In this document: in pieces, positions 1 through 11,218 of the stretch
Layout: every line of letters starts with the position of its first letter
Position numbering within the stretch: the first letter of the stretch is position 1
From: Oscillospiraceae bacterium
GTDB lineage: Bacteria > Bacillota > Clostridia > Oscillospirales > Oscillospiraceae
Reading direction: 5' to 3'
Length of the DNA: 64,000 nucleotides
Assembly: GCA_017508045.1 (NCBI GenBank)
Contig: JAFVZT010000031.1
Location: 8,305 to 72,304, forward strand
Made by a program: the position numbers and the translations under genes
The notes under the pieces: model-generated
What the model saw: only the letters and a program-made list of their open reading frames with translations
What the model was told of the DNA's origin: nothing
The model's database searches: none

Positions 1-19
1 TGTTAGAATTAAATTGATA

Positions 20-240
20 TGCAAAGGCAATGCGGAAATTAAGCAGTGTTTGTGTACAGTAAGCGAGAGGGGATTGGTGAGAGCCCTTTGACACATATCT
101 GCGAGCCACTTCCAAGCTGCCCGGGATGACCGGGACGGAAGCTCCCGTTACAGAGCGTCTAAGATGTCCAAAAATGGATGAATTAGGGTGGTACCGCGAC
201 TAAACTCGCCCCTATGTGTAGGGACGGGTATTTTTATTTT
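20..240 (+). promoter_or_regulatory. T-box riboswitch (Ala) leader of alaS
   Basis: T-box motif AATTAGGGTGGTACCGCG at 181-198; AGCGAGAG/GGTGAGAG stem-I motifs; candidate GCC (Ala) specifier near 105; terminator-like CGCCCCTA..TAGGGACG + T-run before the RBS. Confidence 0.9.
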
Positions 241-256
241 TACGGAGGTTTTCCAA

Positions 257-2896
257 ATGGCAAAAAAAGCATATGGCGTAAATGAATTGCGTGAGATGTT
301 CCTGTCCTATTTTGAATCGAAGGGCCATCTGCGCCTTCCTAGTTTTTCTCTGATACCTCAAAATGATCAGTCTTTATTGCTGATTAACTCCGGTATGGCT
401 CCTATGAAGCCTTATTTTAAGGGTGAGGTCGAACCACCCCGTCGTCGGGTATGCACCTGTCAAAAGTGTATCCGCACCGGTGATATTGAAAATATCGGCA
501 AAACCGCCCGTCACGGCACATATTTTGAGATGCTTGGAAATTTCTCCTTTGGTGACTATTTTAAGCATGAGGCAATCGCCTGGTGTTGGGAATTCCTGAC
601 CAAGGTTGTAGGACTTGAGGAGGACCGGCTTTACCCCTCTATCTATGAAAACGATGAGGAAGCTTTTGAAATCTGGAATAAGGAAATCGGTATCCCCGCC
701 CAGAATATTTTTCGTTTTGGTAAAAAGGATAATTTCTGGGAACATGGCTCCGGCCCTTGCGGTCCTTGCAGTGAGGTCTATTATGACCGGGGTGAAAAGT
801 ATGGCTGCGGTAAGCCTGATTGTACAGTTGGCTGTGATTGTGACCGTTATATGGAGGTCTGGAACAATGTGTTCTCCCAGTTCGATAATGACGGAAACGG
901 GAATTACACTGAGCTTGTGCAGAAAAATATTGACACCGGCATGGGCTTGGAGCGTTTGGCTGTTGTGTGTCAGGATGTGAACAGCCTGTTTGATGTCGAT
1001 ACGGTCATGAATATCACCAACCACGTTACAAAAATTACCGGTGCTTCCTATGGACAAAGCGTTAAGACAGATGTGAGCCTGCGTGTTATTACTGACCATA
1101 TTCGTGCATCTACCTTTATGATTGCCGACGGTGTACAGCCTACCAATGAAGGTCGCGGCTATGTTCTGCGCCGTTTACTGCGCCGCGCTGCCCGCCACGG
1201 CAAGCTGCTTGGCGTTAATAAGCCTTTCTTGTATGAGGTGGTGGAAACAGTTATTCATGAAAATGAGAGCCACTACAGCTATCTGACAGAGCGTGCTGAG
1301 CATATTATCCGGGTTGTAAAGAATGAGGAAGAGACCTTTGCCCGTACAATTGATACCGGTATGCGTATCTTCAGCGAAAAGCTTTCTGACCATAAGGAAA
1401 AGAATGAGACGGTATTTTCCGGTGAGGATGCCTTCCTGTTGGCAGATACCTACGGCTTCCCTATTGATCTGACAGTGGAAATGCTGGAGGATGAGGGTAT
1501 GACTGTGGATATGGACAAGTATCACGTATGCCGTAAAAAGCAACAGGAAATTGCTCGAGAGGCCAGAAAGGCGTTGGGCGATTTGGGCTGGGCAGGTATT
1601 GACTTCGGGTCTGATGTTGTCGCAACCGAGTTTGTTGGTTATGAGGTTAATAATTGCGAGGCTAAGGTTACCGCCGTTTGCGTCGGTGATGCGGTTACCG
1701 GTTCCATTACCGGTGGTGAGATGGGTGTTGTCGTGTTGGACAAGACTCCCTTCTATGCGGAAATGGGCGGTCAGGCAGCGGACCACGGTGATTTGCTAAT
1801 CGGAGATTGCCGTTTTAAGGTTTCAGATGTACAGAAGGATAAAGGCGGCAGATACTTGCATAGTGGCGTTATGCAGAGGGGTACTCTAAAAGTTGATGAT
1901 ATCGTTTGTGCCTCTATTGATGTAGAACGCCGTAAAGCAATTATGCGTGCGCATACCGCAACGCACCTGCTGCAAAAGGCTCTGAAGTCTGTCCTGGGAG
2001 ACCATGTTCATCAGGCAGGCTCTTTGGTAGAGCCGGATCGTCTTCGTTTTGACTTTAGCCATTACTCTGCGGTAACTGCGGAGGAACTGACAAAAATTGA
2101 TGCGATTGTTCAGTCTGCGGTGCTGGAGGGCTATCCTGTTGATATACGGGAAATGCCCATCGATGAGGCAAAAAGCCTGGGTGCGATGGCCCTGTTTAGT
2201 GAGAAGTACGGTGATGTCGTCCGCGTTGTGAATATGGGCAACTACTCAATCGAGCTGTGCGGCGGCACACACTTGGATAATACAGCCAAGGTTGGTCCTT
2301 TCCGCATTGAGAGCGAGGGCAGTGTGGCCTCCGGTGTTCGCCGTATCGAGGCGATTACCGGTAAGGCTTGCCTGGAGGAAATGGAGCTTGCCCGTCACCG
2401 TGTTTATAATGCCTGTGCAATCCTGAAAACCAAGCCTGCAGACCTTGCGGCAAAGCTGGAGAGCCAGATTGAAGAAATCAAGTCCCTTAAAAAGATGATT
2501 GAATCTATCAAGGCTCGGGAAACTGCCGGAGAGGCCGATCGTTTCCTCTTTGGCGCCAGAAGCATTGGCGGCTTGCACGTGATTACGGCGAATGTTCCGG
2601 ATGCGGACGCGGCTAAGCTGCGTCAAATGGGCGATAACCTCCGGGACAAGGCCTCCGATGTGGTTGCGGTATTATCTTCCGTTAACGGCGATAAAATCAC
2701 CTTCTTGGCTGTCTGCGGTAAGGACGCGGTTTCCAAGGGATTAAAGGCCGGCGACCTGGTTAAATTGGTTTGCACTACCTGCGGCGGTTCCGGCGGCGGC
2801 AAGCCTGATTCTGCTATGGGTGGCGGTAAGGATGTAAATAAAATTGACGATGCTCTTTCCCAAGTCGACGACTATGTTGCATCCAAAGTTCAATAA
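257..2896 (+). CDS. alaS: Alanine--tRNA ligase
   Basis: RHGTYFEMLGNFSFGDYFK, DTGMGLERL, HTATH and ELCGGTH editing motifs, C-terminal GGG-rich DHHA1; RBS GGAGG before ATG 257. Confidence 0.98.
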   Translation: MAKKAYGVNELREMFLSYFESKGHLRLPSFSLIPQNDQSLLLINSGMAPMKPYFKGEVEPPRRRVCTCQKCIRTGDIENIGKTARHGTYFEMLGNFSFGDYFKHEAIAWCWEFLTKVVGLEEDRLYPSIYENDEEAFEIWNKEIGIPAQNIFRFGKKDNFWEHGSGPCGPCSEVYYDRGEKYGCGKPDCTVGCDCDRYMEVWNNVFSQFDNDGNGNYTELVQKNIDTGMGLERLAVVCQDVNSLFDVDTVMNITNHVTKITGASYGQSVKTDVSLRVITDHIRASTFMIADGVQPTNEGRGYVLRRLLRRAARHGKLLGVNKPFLYEVVETVIHENESHYSYLTERAEHIIRVVKNEEETFARTIDTGMRIFSEKLSDHKEKNETVFSGEDAFLLADTYGFPIDLTVEMLEDEGMTVDMDKYHVCRKKQQEIAREARKALGDLGWAGIDFGSDVVATEFVGYEVNNCEAKVTAVCVGDAVTGSITGGEMGVVVLDKTPFYAEMGGQAADHGDLLIGDCRFKVSDVQKDKGGRYLHSGVMQRGTLKVDDIVCASIDVERRKAIMRAHTATHLLQKALKSVLGDHVHQAGSLVEPDRLRFDFSHYSAVTAEELTKIDAIVQSAVLEGYPVDIREMPIDEAKSLGAMALFSEKYGDVVRVVNMGNYSIELCGGTHLDNTAKVGPFRIESEGSVASGVRRIEAITGKACLEEMELARHRVYNACAILKTKPADLAAKLESQIEEIKSLKKMIESIKARETAGEADRFLFGARSIGGLHVITANVPDADAAKLRQMGDNLRDKASDVVAVLSSVNGDKITFLAVCGKDAVSKGLKAGDLVKLVCTTCGGSGGGKPDSAMGGGKDVNKIDDALSQVDDYVASKVQ

Positions 2897-2905
2897 TTCT
2901 TTTTT

Positions 2906-2934
2906 GGACGCTGCCGATTGGCAGCGTCCTTTTT
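2906..2934 (+). terminator. Intrinsic terminator after alaS
   Basis: GGACGCTGCC-GATT-GGCAGCGTCC followed by T-run. Confidence 0.8.
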
Positions 2935-2952
2935 AGAAGGGAGGAAGATGCT

Positions 2953-5187
2953 GTGCGCAAGCTGATGTGGTTTACAATCGGATTTACAATCGCCTGCATA
3001 TTGGGAATTTACCTGAACCTCGGTATTTGGCTTGGAATTGTTACTGCGGCGGCGTGCGTTTCATCGTTTCTTCTAAATAACAAAAACGGAAAAATTATTG
3101 GTATTGTAATGTTGGGCATTACAGTGGGAACAATCTGGATTTTTGGACACAATGCTTTTTATTTAAAAACAGTAAGGAAATATGATGGTCAAACAGCTAC
3201 TGTAAATATAACGATTACGGATTATAGCTACGAAACGGACTATGGCGTTGCTGCGGACGGATACACCGTATTTAAAGGGAAACGTTATGCTTTGCTGGTA
3301 TATCTAACCGATGCGCAAGCTTTACAGCCCGGTGATGAACTACAGGGTGACTTCCGTTTCCGCCTGACGACAGACGATTCCATTCAGGGCGCAACCTATC
3401 ACCAGGGAAAAGGTGTTTTTCTACTAGCCTACGGTAAAGATGAGGTTGAAATTATAAATGGAGCACTAAATAACTTTGAAGTAAAGGTATCCGAGTTTCG
3501 CAGGGAAATTGTCCGGATTTTGGATTCGGCATTTCCGGAGGACACCGTCGGTTTTGCAAGAGCATTATTGCTGGGTGACAGCAGCTTACTAAGCTATGAA
3601 GAGAACACAGCATTCAAGGTCAGTGGAATCCGGCATGTGATTGCCGTATCCGGATTGCACGTTTCAATTTTATTTTCTCTGGTATATTTATTGTGCGGGA
3701 AGCGGCGTATTTTAACAGCAATTATCGGCCTGCCCGTCTTGTTCTTTTTTGCAGCCGTCGCAGGCTTCACACCGTCAATTGTCAGGGCTTGTATTATGCA
3801 GGGACTGATGATACTGGCGTTATTGTTTAAAAAGGAATATGACCCGCCGTCGGCGCTATCCTTCGCTGTGCTTGTAATGCTTTGCGTCAATCCAATTACC
3901 ATAACCTCGGTAAGCTTCCAGCTTTCTGTTGGATGCCTGGTGGGAATATTTCTTTTTTATCAAAGGTCATATTACTTTTTTCTCAGCCTTTTCCCGGAAA
4001 CAAAGGGTAGGTCGCGAATAGGCAAACTGCTGCGCTGGTTTGTCGGATCCATATCTGTCACTTTGAGCGCAATGTCAGTGACAACACCGTTATGCGCAAT
4101 TTACTTTGGGTCGATCAGCATTATTGGCATATTGACAAACTTGATCACCTTATGGGTAATTTCCTTTATATTTTACGGCATTATGCTAACGTGTCTTTTA
4201 GGGAGCTTTTGTATTTCCGGTGGGGCTTTTGTTGCGGGCATCATTTCTGTTCCCATACGTTATGTGCAGACTGTTGCTGAGATACTGTCAAAGCTGCGCT
4301 ATGCGGCGGTTTATACCTGCAGTTTTTATGTAGTGCTTTGGCTTGTATTTTCCTATGTTTTGTTTGTATTTCTTATTTGCAGCAAGAGGAAACGACCGAT
4401 TCTCTGCGCAAGCTGTGCCACTTTTGGACTTATGTTTGCATTGACGGCATCCTGGATAGAACCCAGATTGGACAGCTATCGGGTATCGGTTTTAGATGTA
4501 GGACAGGGACAGGCAATTTTATATCAAAGCGGTGGACAAAACTATTTAGTCGACTGTGGCGGTGACAGCGATGAGCTTGCGGCAGACAGGGTATCTCAAA
4601 TTCTTTTGTCGCAAGGCATAACACAACTCGATGGCCTAATTCTAACCCATTATGACAAGGATCACGCTGGAGGCGTGGAGCCTCTTTTGACACGAATTGA
4701 TGTCGAGAAGCTATATTTGCCGGATATTTCGGATGACGGTGGAATTAAGGGCTATCTGCAAAGTATAAAACCGGATGCTGTTTGTGTTGTCTCTCAGGAT
4801 ATAGATTTTATCGTTTCCGGAACACATATTTCTTTATTTCCGACAAAAGACAGTGATAAGGGCAATGAAAGCTCGTTGTGTGTCTTGTTTCAAAAAGAAA
4901 ATTGTGATATACTGATAACGGGTGATCGCAGCACTTCAGGAGAGGAGGCACTTTTGGAGCATATAAGCTTACCGAAGCTTGAGCTTCTGATTGTTGGGCA
5001 TCACGGATCGGCTAATTCTACTGGCTTTGCCCTGCTGGAAGCCACAAGGCCAAAGGCGGCGGCCATTAGTGTATCTGAAAACAATAGCTATGGACATCCA
5101 TCTGAGGAAACTTTGTTCAGATTGGAACTGTTTGGCTGCAAAGTCTACCGCACCGACTTGGACGGTACAATTATATTTAGGGGGTGA
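2953..5187 (+). CDS. comEC: Competence DNA uptake channel ComEC/Rec2
   Basis: Multi-TM competence domain (HVIAVSGLH, SFQLS) plus C-terminal beta-lactamase-like domain (LDVGQG, THYDKDH, HHGS, NSYGHP). Confidence 0.95.
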   Translation: MRKLMWFTIGFTIACILGIYLNLGIWLGIVTAAACVSSFLLNNKNGKIIGIVMLGITVGTIWIFGHNAFYLKTVRKYDGQTATVNITITDYSYETDYGVAADGYTVFKGKRYALLVYLTDAQALQPGDELQGDFRFRLTTDDSIQGATYHQGKGVFLLAYGKDEVEIINGALNNFEVKVSEFRREIVRILDSAFPEDTVGFARALLLGDSSLLSYEENTAFKVSGIRHVIAVSGLHVSILFSLVYLLCGKRRILTAIIGLPVLFFFAAVAGFTPSIVRACIMQGLMILALLFKKEYDPPSALSFAVLVMLCVNPITITSVSFQLSVGCLVGIFLFYQRSYYFFLSLFPETKGRSRIGKLLRWFVGSISVTLSAMSVTTPLCAIYFGSISIIGILTNLITLWVISFIFYGIMLTCLLGSFCISGGAFVAGIISVPIRYVQTVAEILSKLRYAAVYTCSFYVVLWLVFSYVLFVFLICSKRKRPILCASCATFGLMFALTASWIEPRLDSYRVSVLDVGQGQAILYQSGGQNYLVDCGGDSDELAADRVSQILLSQGITQLDGLILTHYDKDHAGGVEPLLTRIDVEKLYLPDISDDGGIKGYLQSIKPDAVCVVSQDIDFIVSGTHISLFPTKDSDKGNESSLCVLFQKENCDILITGDRSTSGEEALLEHISLPKLELLIVGHHGSANSTGFALLEATRPKAAAISVSENNSYGHPSEETLFRLELFGCKVYRTDLDGTIIFRG

Positions 5188-5192
5188 ACACA

Positions 5193-6239
5193 ATGGCAGA
5201 GGATAAATCGTCGGCTGGAAATCTTCAGCGTCTAAAATTAGACTTGCGTGAGAAGAAAACACAGCGACTGTACATTTTTTTCGGCGAAGAATTCTTTCTG
5301 CTTCGCCACTATCTTGGTCAGCTTAAAAAGCTGTTGATTGAGGATTTAACAGAGTCGTTTAATTATCATAAGCTTACCAAAGAAAACTTTGATTTGCATG
5401 GCTTCTGCGATGCGGTTGAAAGTATACCTATGATGGCGGAGCACACCCTTGTTTGGGTGGATGATATTGATATATTTAAGCTGCCGGAGGCGGAACGGGA
5501 TCAGCTGTGCCGGGTGATAACAGATATCCCGGATTACTGTACGGTAGTGTTTAGCTATGAAACTGTTGCATGGAAGCCCGATGGCCGGTTGAAAAGCCTG
5601 ACAGAGGCTATTCGGAGCAATGCTCTTGTGGTTGAATTTCCGAAACAAAACCACCGGGATCTAATCGCCTGGGTATCCCGCCATTTTGCTGCCAATCACA
5701 AGCAAATCTCACCGGAGCTTTGCAGCTATCTTATCGATATTACCGGCGGTACAATGACAGCACTGACGGGAGAAATTTCTAAAATTTGTGCATATTCCGA
5801 TGCTGACACAATTGTAAAAAGCGATATTGATGCGGTTACTGAGCCTGAGTTGGATGCAGTGATTTTTAAGCTTGGCGAATTGCTCAGCGACGGTAAAACC
5901 GACGAGGCACTGAAAACTCTGCAGAAGCTTTTGAAAATGCAGCACGAGCCTCTTGCTATTTTAGGCACAATCGGAAGTCATTTTCGCCGGCTTGGAACAG
6001 CAAAGACACTTTTAGATAATGGAAAAGGCACTGCCGATTTGATGCGTCTTTGCGGTATAGGTGAATATCCTGCCAAAAAAGCTATAACTGCGGCAAAACG
6101 TTTTACCGGGGACTTTTATGCCACTGCTGCGGAGCTAATATTGGAAACAGACAGACAAATGAAAACCTCTTTTGATATTCCGGAGCGACTTTTGGAGTTT
6201 TTGCTGCTTCGGTTATCTCAGGAGGCTAGAAATGGTTAA
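5193..6239 (+). CDS. holA: DNA polymerase III delta subunit
   Basis: LYIFFGEE N-terminus, typical length, conserved comEC-holA synteny. Confidence 0.9.
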   Translation: MAEDKSSAGNLQRLKLDLREKKTQRLYIFFGEEFFLLRHYLGQLKKLLIEDLTESFNYHKLTKENFDLHGFCDAVESIPMMAEHTLVWVDDIDIFKLPEAERDQLCRVITDIPDYCTVVFSYETVAWKPDGRLKSLTEAIRSNALVVEFPKQNHRDLIAWVSRHFAANHKQISPELCSYLIDITGGTMTALTGEISKICAYSDADTIVKSDIDAVTEPELDAVIFKLGELLSDGKTDEALKTLQKLLKMQHEPLAILGTIGSHFRRLGTAKTLLDNGKGTADLMRLCGIGEYPAKKAITAAKRFTGDFYATAAELILETDRQMKTSFDIPERLLEFLLLRLSQEARNG

Positions 6240-6834
6240 CATTAAAGAAGCAATTGTGGTAGAAGGCCGGTACGACAAAAACACCCTTTCCCAGCTTATA
6301 AATGCGCCGATTTTTCAGACAAACGGCTTTGGGATTATGAAAGATAAGGCACTTTTGTCGCTTCTGCGGCTGGCGGCCAAAAAGCAAGGGTTGATTGTAT
6401 TTACGGACTCTGACGGCGCCGGTTTTGTAATTCGCAATTATATTAAAGGTGCGATACCGGAAAGTCAACTGAAGCATGCTTATATCCCGGATATTTTTGG
6501 AAAAGAGAAACGCAAAGCCTCCCCGGGCAGAGAGGGCAAGCTTGGTGTGGAGGGTATGACACCCCAAATAATTCTCGAGAGCCTGCGCAGGGCCGGCGCG
6601 ACCTTTGATGATATGAGCAACTCTGCACCCACCTGCATTACCAAAGCTGACTTTGCAGAGCTGGGACTTTCCGGTGGAAAGGGAAGCAGTATAAGACGCA
6701 GAGAATTATTGAAGCATTTCGGATTTCCGGAGCATATGAGCGCAAATGCCTTGCTGCAGGCTCTGAATATGCTGTATACCCGGGCAGAGCTGGAAGAAAT
6801 TTTATATAACATTTTTGGAGAAAATCATGATTGA
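6232..6834 (+). CDS. rnmV: Ribonuclease M5 (TOPRIM + DUF4093)
   Basis: IKEAIVVEGRYD, FTDSDGAG, LGVEG motifs; RBS AGGAGG before ATG 6232. Confidence 0.85.
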   Translation: MVNIKEAIVVEGRYDKNTLSQLINAPIFQTNGFGIMKDKALLSLLRLAAKKQGLIVFTDSDGAGFVIRNYIKGAIPESQLKHAYIPDIFGKEKRKASPGREGKLGVEGMTPQIILESLRRAGATFDDMSNSAPTCITKADFAELGLSGGKGSSIRRRELLKHFGFPEHMSANALLQALNMLYTRAELEEILYNIFGENHD

Positions 6835-8692
6835 CATTTCTGTCAAAAATTTAACAAAGTTTTTTGTCATTGGCGAAAATCTTTTGGACAGACTTAGCTT
6901 TGAAGTTCAGGAAGGGGAGTGCGTTGCCATTCTCGGCCGCAACGGCTGCGGTAAAACCACGCTGTTTAATATTCTTACCGGACAGATGGATTATGACGAT
7001 GGCGAAGTATATGTTAACCCCCACAAGCGACTTGGCTTAATTTCTCAAATACCCCGTTTTCCGGCGGGAAGTACGGTCGAGGATGTCTTGCGCTCCGCTT
7101 TTGCTGATTTGATGCAGATTAAAAAGCGCATGCAGGAGTTGGAAAAGCAGATGCAATTTGTGTCTACTCGGGATCAGCTGCAATCATACGATGATCTTTC
7201 AAACCGCTTTCAATCCGGAGGCGGTTATGAGATGGATGTGCAGGTGGACAAAATCTGTAATGGCCTTGGCATTTTGCCTCAGCAGCGGGAGCAGCTGTTT
7301 GACAGCCTGTCCGGAGGTGAGAAGACCCGTGTTAACCTTGCCCGACTGCTTTTGGAAAAGACGGACATCTTATTGTTGGACGAGCCGACAAATCACTTAG
7401 ATCTTAGAAGTGTTGAGTGGCTTGAATCATATATCAACAGCTTTAAAGGAACTGTATTGACAATTTCCCACGACCGGTATTTTCTTGACCGGGTTGCTGA
7501 TCGCGTTGTGGAAATTGTGGACGGCCACGGGGAATTTTACTCCGGTAATTATTCGTTTTATATTGATGAGAAGCAGAATCGGTTTAACCTGCAGCTGAAG
7601 CAGTATGAGCAGGAACAGGCAAAGCTTAAGCAGCTTGGATTTACGGTGGAAAGGATGAAAGGGTGGGGCATTAACAACCGTACCTTGTACCGTCGCGCAA
7701 TGTCTATTCAGCATCGTATGGAGCGCATCCGAAAAACGGAGCGACCCAAGACAGAAAAGACAATGAAGGCAACCTTTAATCAGAAGGAATTTGCCGGGGA
7801 TATGGTTTTCTCAATGAAAAATGTCTCTAAGGCATTTGATGATCGAATGTTGTTTTCCAACGTTGAATTGAAGGTGGAGGGCGGAGAACGCATTGCCTTA
7901 TTAGGCGATAACGGAACCGGAAAAACCACCTTTATTAAGTGTCTGCTGGGCGATGAGGACTGTCAGGGTAAGATTCAGTTTGGCCCAACAGTAAAGTGGG
8001 GTTATTTGCCGCAGATCATTCACTTTGAGCATCCGCAGCGCAGCCTGTATGATACGATGCTCTATGAGAAAAACTGTACTCCACAGATGGCTCGTGACCG
8101 TCTGGGCGCTTTTTTGTTCCAGGGTGAGGATGTGTTTAAAAAGGTTGGAGATCTCTCCGGAGGCGAGCAATCCCGTCTGAGACTGTGCATGCTGATGGAC
8201 GATAAAATCAATCTTTTGATTTTGGACGAACCGACAAACCATCTGGATATAGCGTCCCGTGAATGGGTAGAGGCGGCAATTGAGGAATTTGAAGGCGTTT
8301 TGCTTTTTGTATCCCACGACCGCTACTTTATCGAAAAATTTGCGGAGCGTATTTGGCTTTTGGAAAGCGGTGAGATACGGGATTTTAAATGTGGGTATTC
8401 TAAGTACCGGTCAATTTTAGAGCGTGAGGCTGCTTTAAAGCCGGCAGTCCCTGCAGAACCCAAAATTAAAAAGGAAAAACCCAAGGGTGGCACAAAAGAA
8501 ACAGAAAAGCATATCCGCCGGCTTGAAAGGGAAATTGAGAAGCAGGAGCAGCTTATTGCCCAACTGGATTTGAAGATAGAAAAAGCAGCAGCTGACTATC
8601 AGGCATTAGCGCGGCTGCTGGAGGAGAAGGAAAAAGAGGACACCGTGCTTTTGGAGCTGATGGAGGCCTGGGAGAACGCGCAAAGCGTGTAA
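6827..8692 (+). CDS. ABC-F family ribosome-associated ATPase
   Basis: Two ABC domains (GRNGCGKT, GDNGTGKT, LSGGE, LDEPTNHLD), no TM segments, C-terminal coiled coil. Confidence 0.92.
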   Translation: MIDISVKNLTKFFVIGENLLDRLSFEVQEGECVAILGRNGCGKTTLFNILTGQMDYDDGEVYVNPHKRLGLISQIPRFPAGSTVEDVLRSAFADLMQIKKRMQELEKQMQFVSTRDQLQSYDDLSNRFQSGGGYEMDVQVDKICNGLGILPQQREQLFDSLSGGEKTRVNLARLLLEKTDILLLDEPTNHLDLRSVEWLESYINSFKGTVLTISHDRYFLDRVADRVVEIVDGHGEFYSGNYSFYIDEKQNRFNLQLKQYEQEQAKLKQLGFTVERMKGWGINNRTLYRRAMSIQHRMERIRKTERPKTEKTMKATFNQKEFAGDMVFSMKNVSKAFDDRMLFSNVELKVEGGERIALLGDNGTGKTTFIKCLLGDEDCQGKIQFGPTVKWGYLPQIIHFEHPQRSLYDTMLYEKNCTPQMARDRLGAFLFQGEDVFKKVGDLSGGEQSRLRLCMLMDDKINLLILDEPTNHLDIASREWVEAAIEEFEGVLLFVSHDRYFIEKFAERIWLLESGEIRDFKCGYSKYRSILEREAALKPAVPAEPKIKKEKPKGGTKETEKHIRRLEREIEKQEQLIAQLDLKIEKAAADYQALARLLEEKEKEDTVLLELMEAWENAQSV

Positions 8693-8763
8693 GTGATTTA
8701 TTGTTGACATGGTGAAATGCCGGTCTTATAATACTTTCGATATAAATTAAAGGAGCGTTTAAA

Positions 8764-9585
8764 ATGAGTTCATGTAATGGTAATTGTTCCAGCTGCGGCA
8801 GTGATTGCGCAGATCGCAAGCAAGAGAGCTTGCTTGCGAAGCTAAATCCCAAGGCAAGCGTTAAAAAGGTAATTGCTGTTGTTTCCGGTAAAGGCGGTGT
8901 CGGTAAATCTACGGTTACCTCAATGTTGGCGGTAGCTATGTCCCGCAGGGGAAAACGGGTTGCGGTTTTAGACGCAGATATCACCGGACCTTCTGCACCT
9001 ACAGCATTTGGTGTCAGCGAATGTCAGGGTGCAAACAAAGATGGACTGTACCCCGCTTTGTCAACAACCGGTATCCAGATTATGTCTATTAATCTTTTGC
9101 TTGACAACAATACTGATCCTGTAGTATGGCGTGGACCGGTGATTGCCGGCGCTGTGAAGCAATTTTGGACAGATGTCATTTGGGAAGATGTTGACTATAT
9201 GTTTGTGGATATGCCTCCAGGAACAGGAGATGTCCCTTTGACCGTATTTCAGAGTTTACCGGTAGATGGCGTGGTGATTGTAACCAGCCCACAGGATTTG
9301 GTTTCTATGATTGTTGCAAAAGCAGTAAAGATGGCAAATATGATGCACGTGCCTGTTCTGGGCTTTGTGGAGAATTACAGCTATTTGAAGTGTCCCGACT
9401 GCGGTAAGGAAATCAATGTTTTCGGCCAGAGCCGTCTGGATGAGGTAGCGGAAGCGTTTTCTTTGCCTGTTCTGGCAAGGCTGCCTATTGACCCTATGGT
9501 CGCACAAAGCTATGACAGTGGCCTTATGGAAACTGTCAACACCGATTTGGTTGCAGAGGTTATCACCGCGATTGAGAATCTATAA
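8764..9585 (+). CDS. Mrp/NBP35 Fe-S cluster carrier ATPase
   Basis: GKGGVGKS, DMPPGTGD, CPDC and N-terminal Cys cluster. Confidence 0.93.
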   Translation: MSSCNGNCSSCGSDCADRKQESLLAKLNPKASVKKVIAVVSGKGGVGKSTVTSMLAVAMSRRGKRVAVLDADITGPSAPTAFGVSECQGANKDGLYPALSTTGIQIMSINLLLDNNTDPVVWRGPVIAGAVKQFWTDVIWEDVDYMFVDMPPGTGDVPLTVFQSLPVDGVVIVTSPQDLVSMIVAKAVKMANMMHVPVLGFVENYSYLKCPDCGKEINVFGQSRLDEVAEAFSLPVLARLPIDPMVAQSYDSGLMETVNTDLVAEVITAIENL

Positions 9586-9613
9586 TAACTGAGCACTGCA
9601 ATTTACAGCACAA

Positions 9614-9645
9614 AGCTCCCACTTCCAAACTGGAAGTGGGAGCTT
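9614..9645. terminator. Bidirectional terminator between mrp and the ABC operon
   Basis: AAGCTCCCACTTCCA / TGGAAGTGGGAGCTT inverted repeat between convergent genes. Confidence 0.75.
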
Positions 9646-9647
9646 GT

Positions 9648-10394
9648 TTACAGAACCTTGGAAAGAAAATCTTTCAGTCGGGGATTTTGCGGATTGCCAA
9701 AAATATCTGCAGGAGAACCTTGCTCCAGAATCCTACCATCGTCCATAAATATTACGCGACTGCCTACCTCTCGGGCAAAGCCCATTTCGTGGGTAACAAC
9801 AACCATGGTCATTCCGTCGGATGCCAGCTCCTTCATAACCTCCAAAACTTCGCCAACCATTTCAGGGTCCAGTGCTGAGGTGGGTTCGTCAAAAAGCATA
9901 ACATCCGGCTCCATCATCAAGGCGCGGACAATAGCAACGCGCTGTTTTTGACCACCGGAGAGTTGGTCGGGATATGCATAGGCACGATCAGAAAGACCGA
10001 CACGTTTTAAAAGATTTAACGCCTTGGTTTCTACCTCAGCCTGCGGCTTTTTCAGCAGCTTGACAGGAGCCAGGGTCATATTTTTCAGGACAGTCATATG
10101 CGGAAAGAGATTAAAATGCTGGAAAACCATACACATCTTTTGCCGGTGCTCATCAATGTTAACATTTTTTTCTATAATGTTTGTTCCGTTTACAATGATA
10201 TCGCCGTGCGTTGGAATTTCCAATAAATTCAATGAGCGAAGAAAAGTAGACTTGCCGCTGCCGGAGGGACCGATAATAACGACAACTTCACCGCGGTTGA
10301 TGGAAAAATCAATGCCGTCCAGAGCGCGTATCGCACCGCCTTTATAATGCTTTTGAAGGTCGTTTACGACAATATACGGAGTATTACCGTTCAT
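9648..10394 (-). CDS. Polar amino acid ABC transporter ATP-binding protein (GlnQ/ArtR-like)
   Basis: [36 protein letters not shown]. Confidence 0.95.
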   Translation of the reverse strand: MNGNTPYIVVNDLQKHYKGGAIRALDGIDFSINRGEVVVIIGPSGSGKSTFLRSLNLLEIPTHGDIIVNGTNIIEKNVNIDEHRQKMCMVFQHFNLFPHMTVLKNMTLAPVKLLKKPQAEVETKALNLLKRVGLSDRAYAYPDQLSGGQKQRVAIVRALMMEPDVMLFDEPTSALDPEMVGEVLEVMKELASDGMTMVVVTHEMGFAREVGSRVIFMDDGRILEQGSPADIFGNPQNPRLKDFLSKVL

Positions 10395-11118
10395 TTTTTC
10401 TTAGTCTCCTTTCCAAAACACCTACAAGGGCGGTCAGAATAACGACCATAATCAGGTAAATCAGCGCAACCGCTATTAGCGGCATAAAGGCTGAGAATGT
10501 ACGTCCGCGAATTAAATCACCGGCCTTTGTTAAATCAACAATACCCACATAGCCGGCAACGGAGGTTTCCTTTAGTAAAACGATAAACTCGTTGCAAAGA
10601 ACCGGAAGGACATTTTTGAAAACCTGTGGAATTATGATATAAATCATTGTTTGGATATAGTTGAAACCAAGGGATCGGCCTGCTTCAAACTGTCCGTTAT
10701 CGATGGACATAATGCCGCCTCTGAGAATTTCAGCTACATAGGCGCCGGAATTGATGCCAAAGGCAATCATTGCAACCATTAGGCTGTCCCGGGATGTGGC
10801 AAAGACGATAAAATACATAATGAGCAGCTGCACAACCACAGGCGTACCGCGAATGACCGTCAAATACAGATGGCAAATTGCGTTGGAAAGCTTCAATACA
10901 TAGTATCCGAAGCCCTTGTGCATCTCCATACTTTCTCTGTTTTTGTCGAACGTGGAACGAACTGCGGCAATAACAATTCCGATAGCCAAGCCCATTAAGA
11001 GCGCCACAAAGGTTATTATCAGTGTATTGCCAAGGCCTTCCCAAAGCCATCTCCAACGACCTTCGTCTATAAAATTAAGAATAAAGTCGTTTTTTAATTC
11101 TGCAAAATATGTAGCCAT
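10384..11118 (-). CDS. Polar amino acid ABC transporter permease
   Basis: [28 protein letters not shown] (EAA loop). Confidence 0.95.
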   Translation of the reverse strand: MATYFAELKNDFILNFIDEGRWRWLWEGLGNTLIITFVALLMGLAIGIVIAAVRSTFDKNRESMEMHKGFGYYVLKLSNAICHLYLTVIRGTPVVVQLLIMYFIVFATSRDSLMVAMIAFGINSGAYVAEILRGGIMSIDNGQFEAGRSLGFNYIQTMIYIIIPQVFKNVLPVLCNEFIVLLKETSVAGYVGIVDLTKAGDLIRGRTFSAFMPLIAVALIYLIMVVILTALVGVLERRLRKNER

Positions 11119-11218
11119 ATTGCGAATCCTTTCGTTGGAAAATCACAGAAAGAGAGGAGGAGGGTCCTGAACCCAACTCCTCTCTAATTGTTTTATGCCA
11201 GTAATTATCTGGTGAAAA

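Noticed and set aside
188-256. N-terminal extensions of alaS (and valS 60229-60348) in the ORF track
   Set aside because: These lie within the T-box leaders; RBSs mark the downstream ATGs
6827-8692. ABC-F as an antibiotic resistance (ARE) gene
   Set aside because: Housekeeping operon context and no attenuator leader; subfamily cannot be assigned by eye
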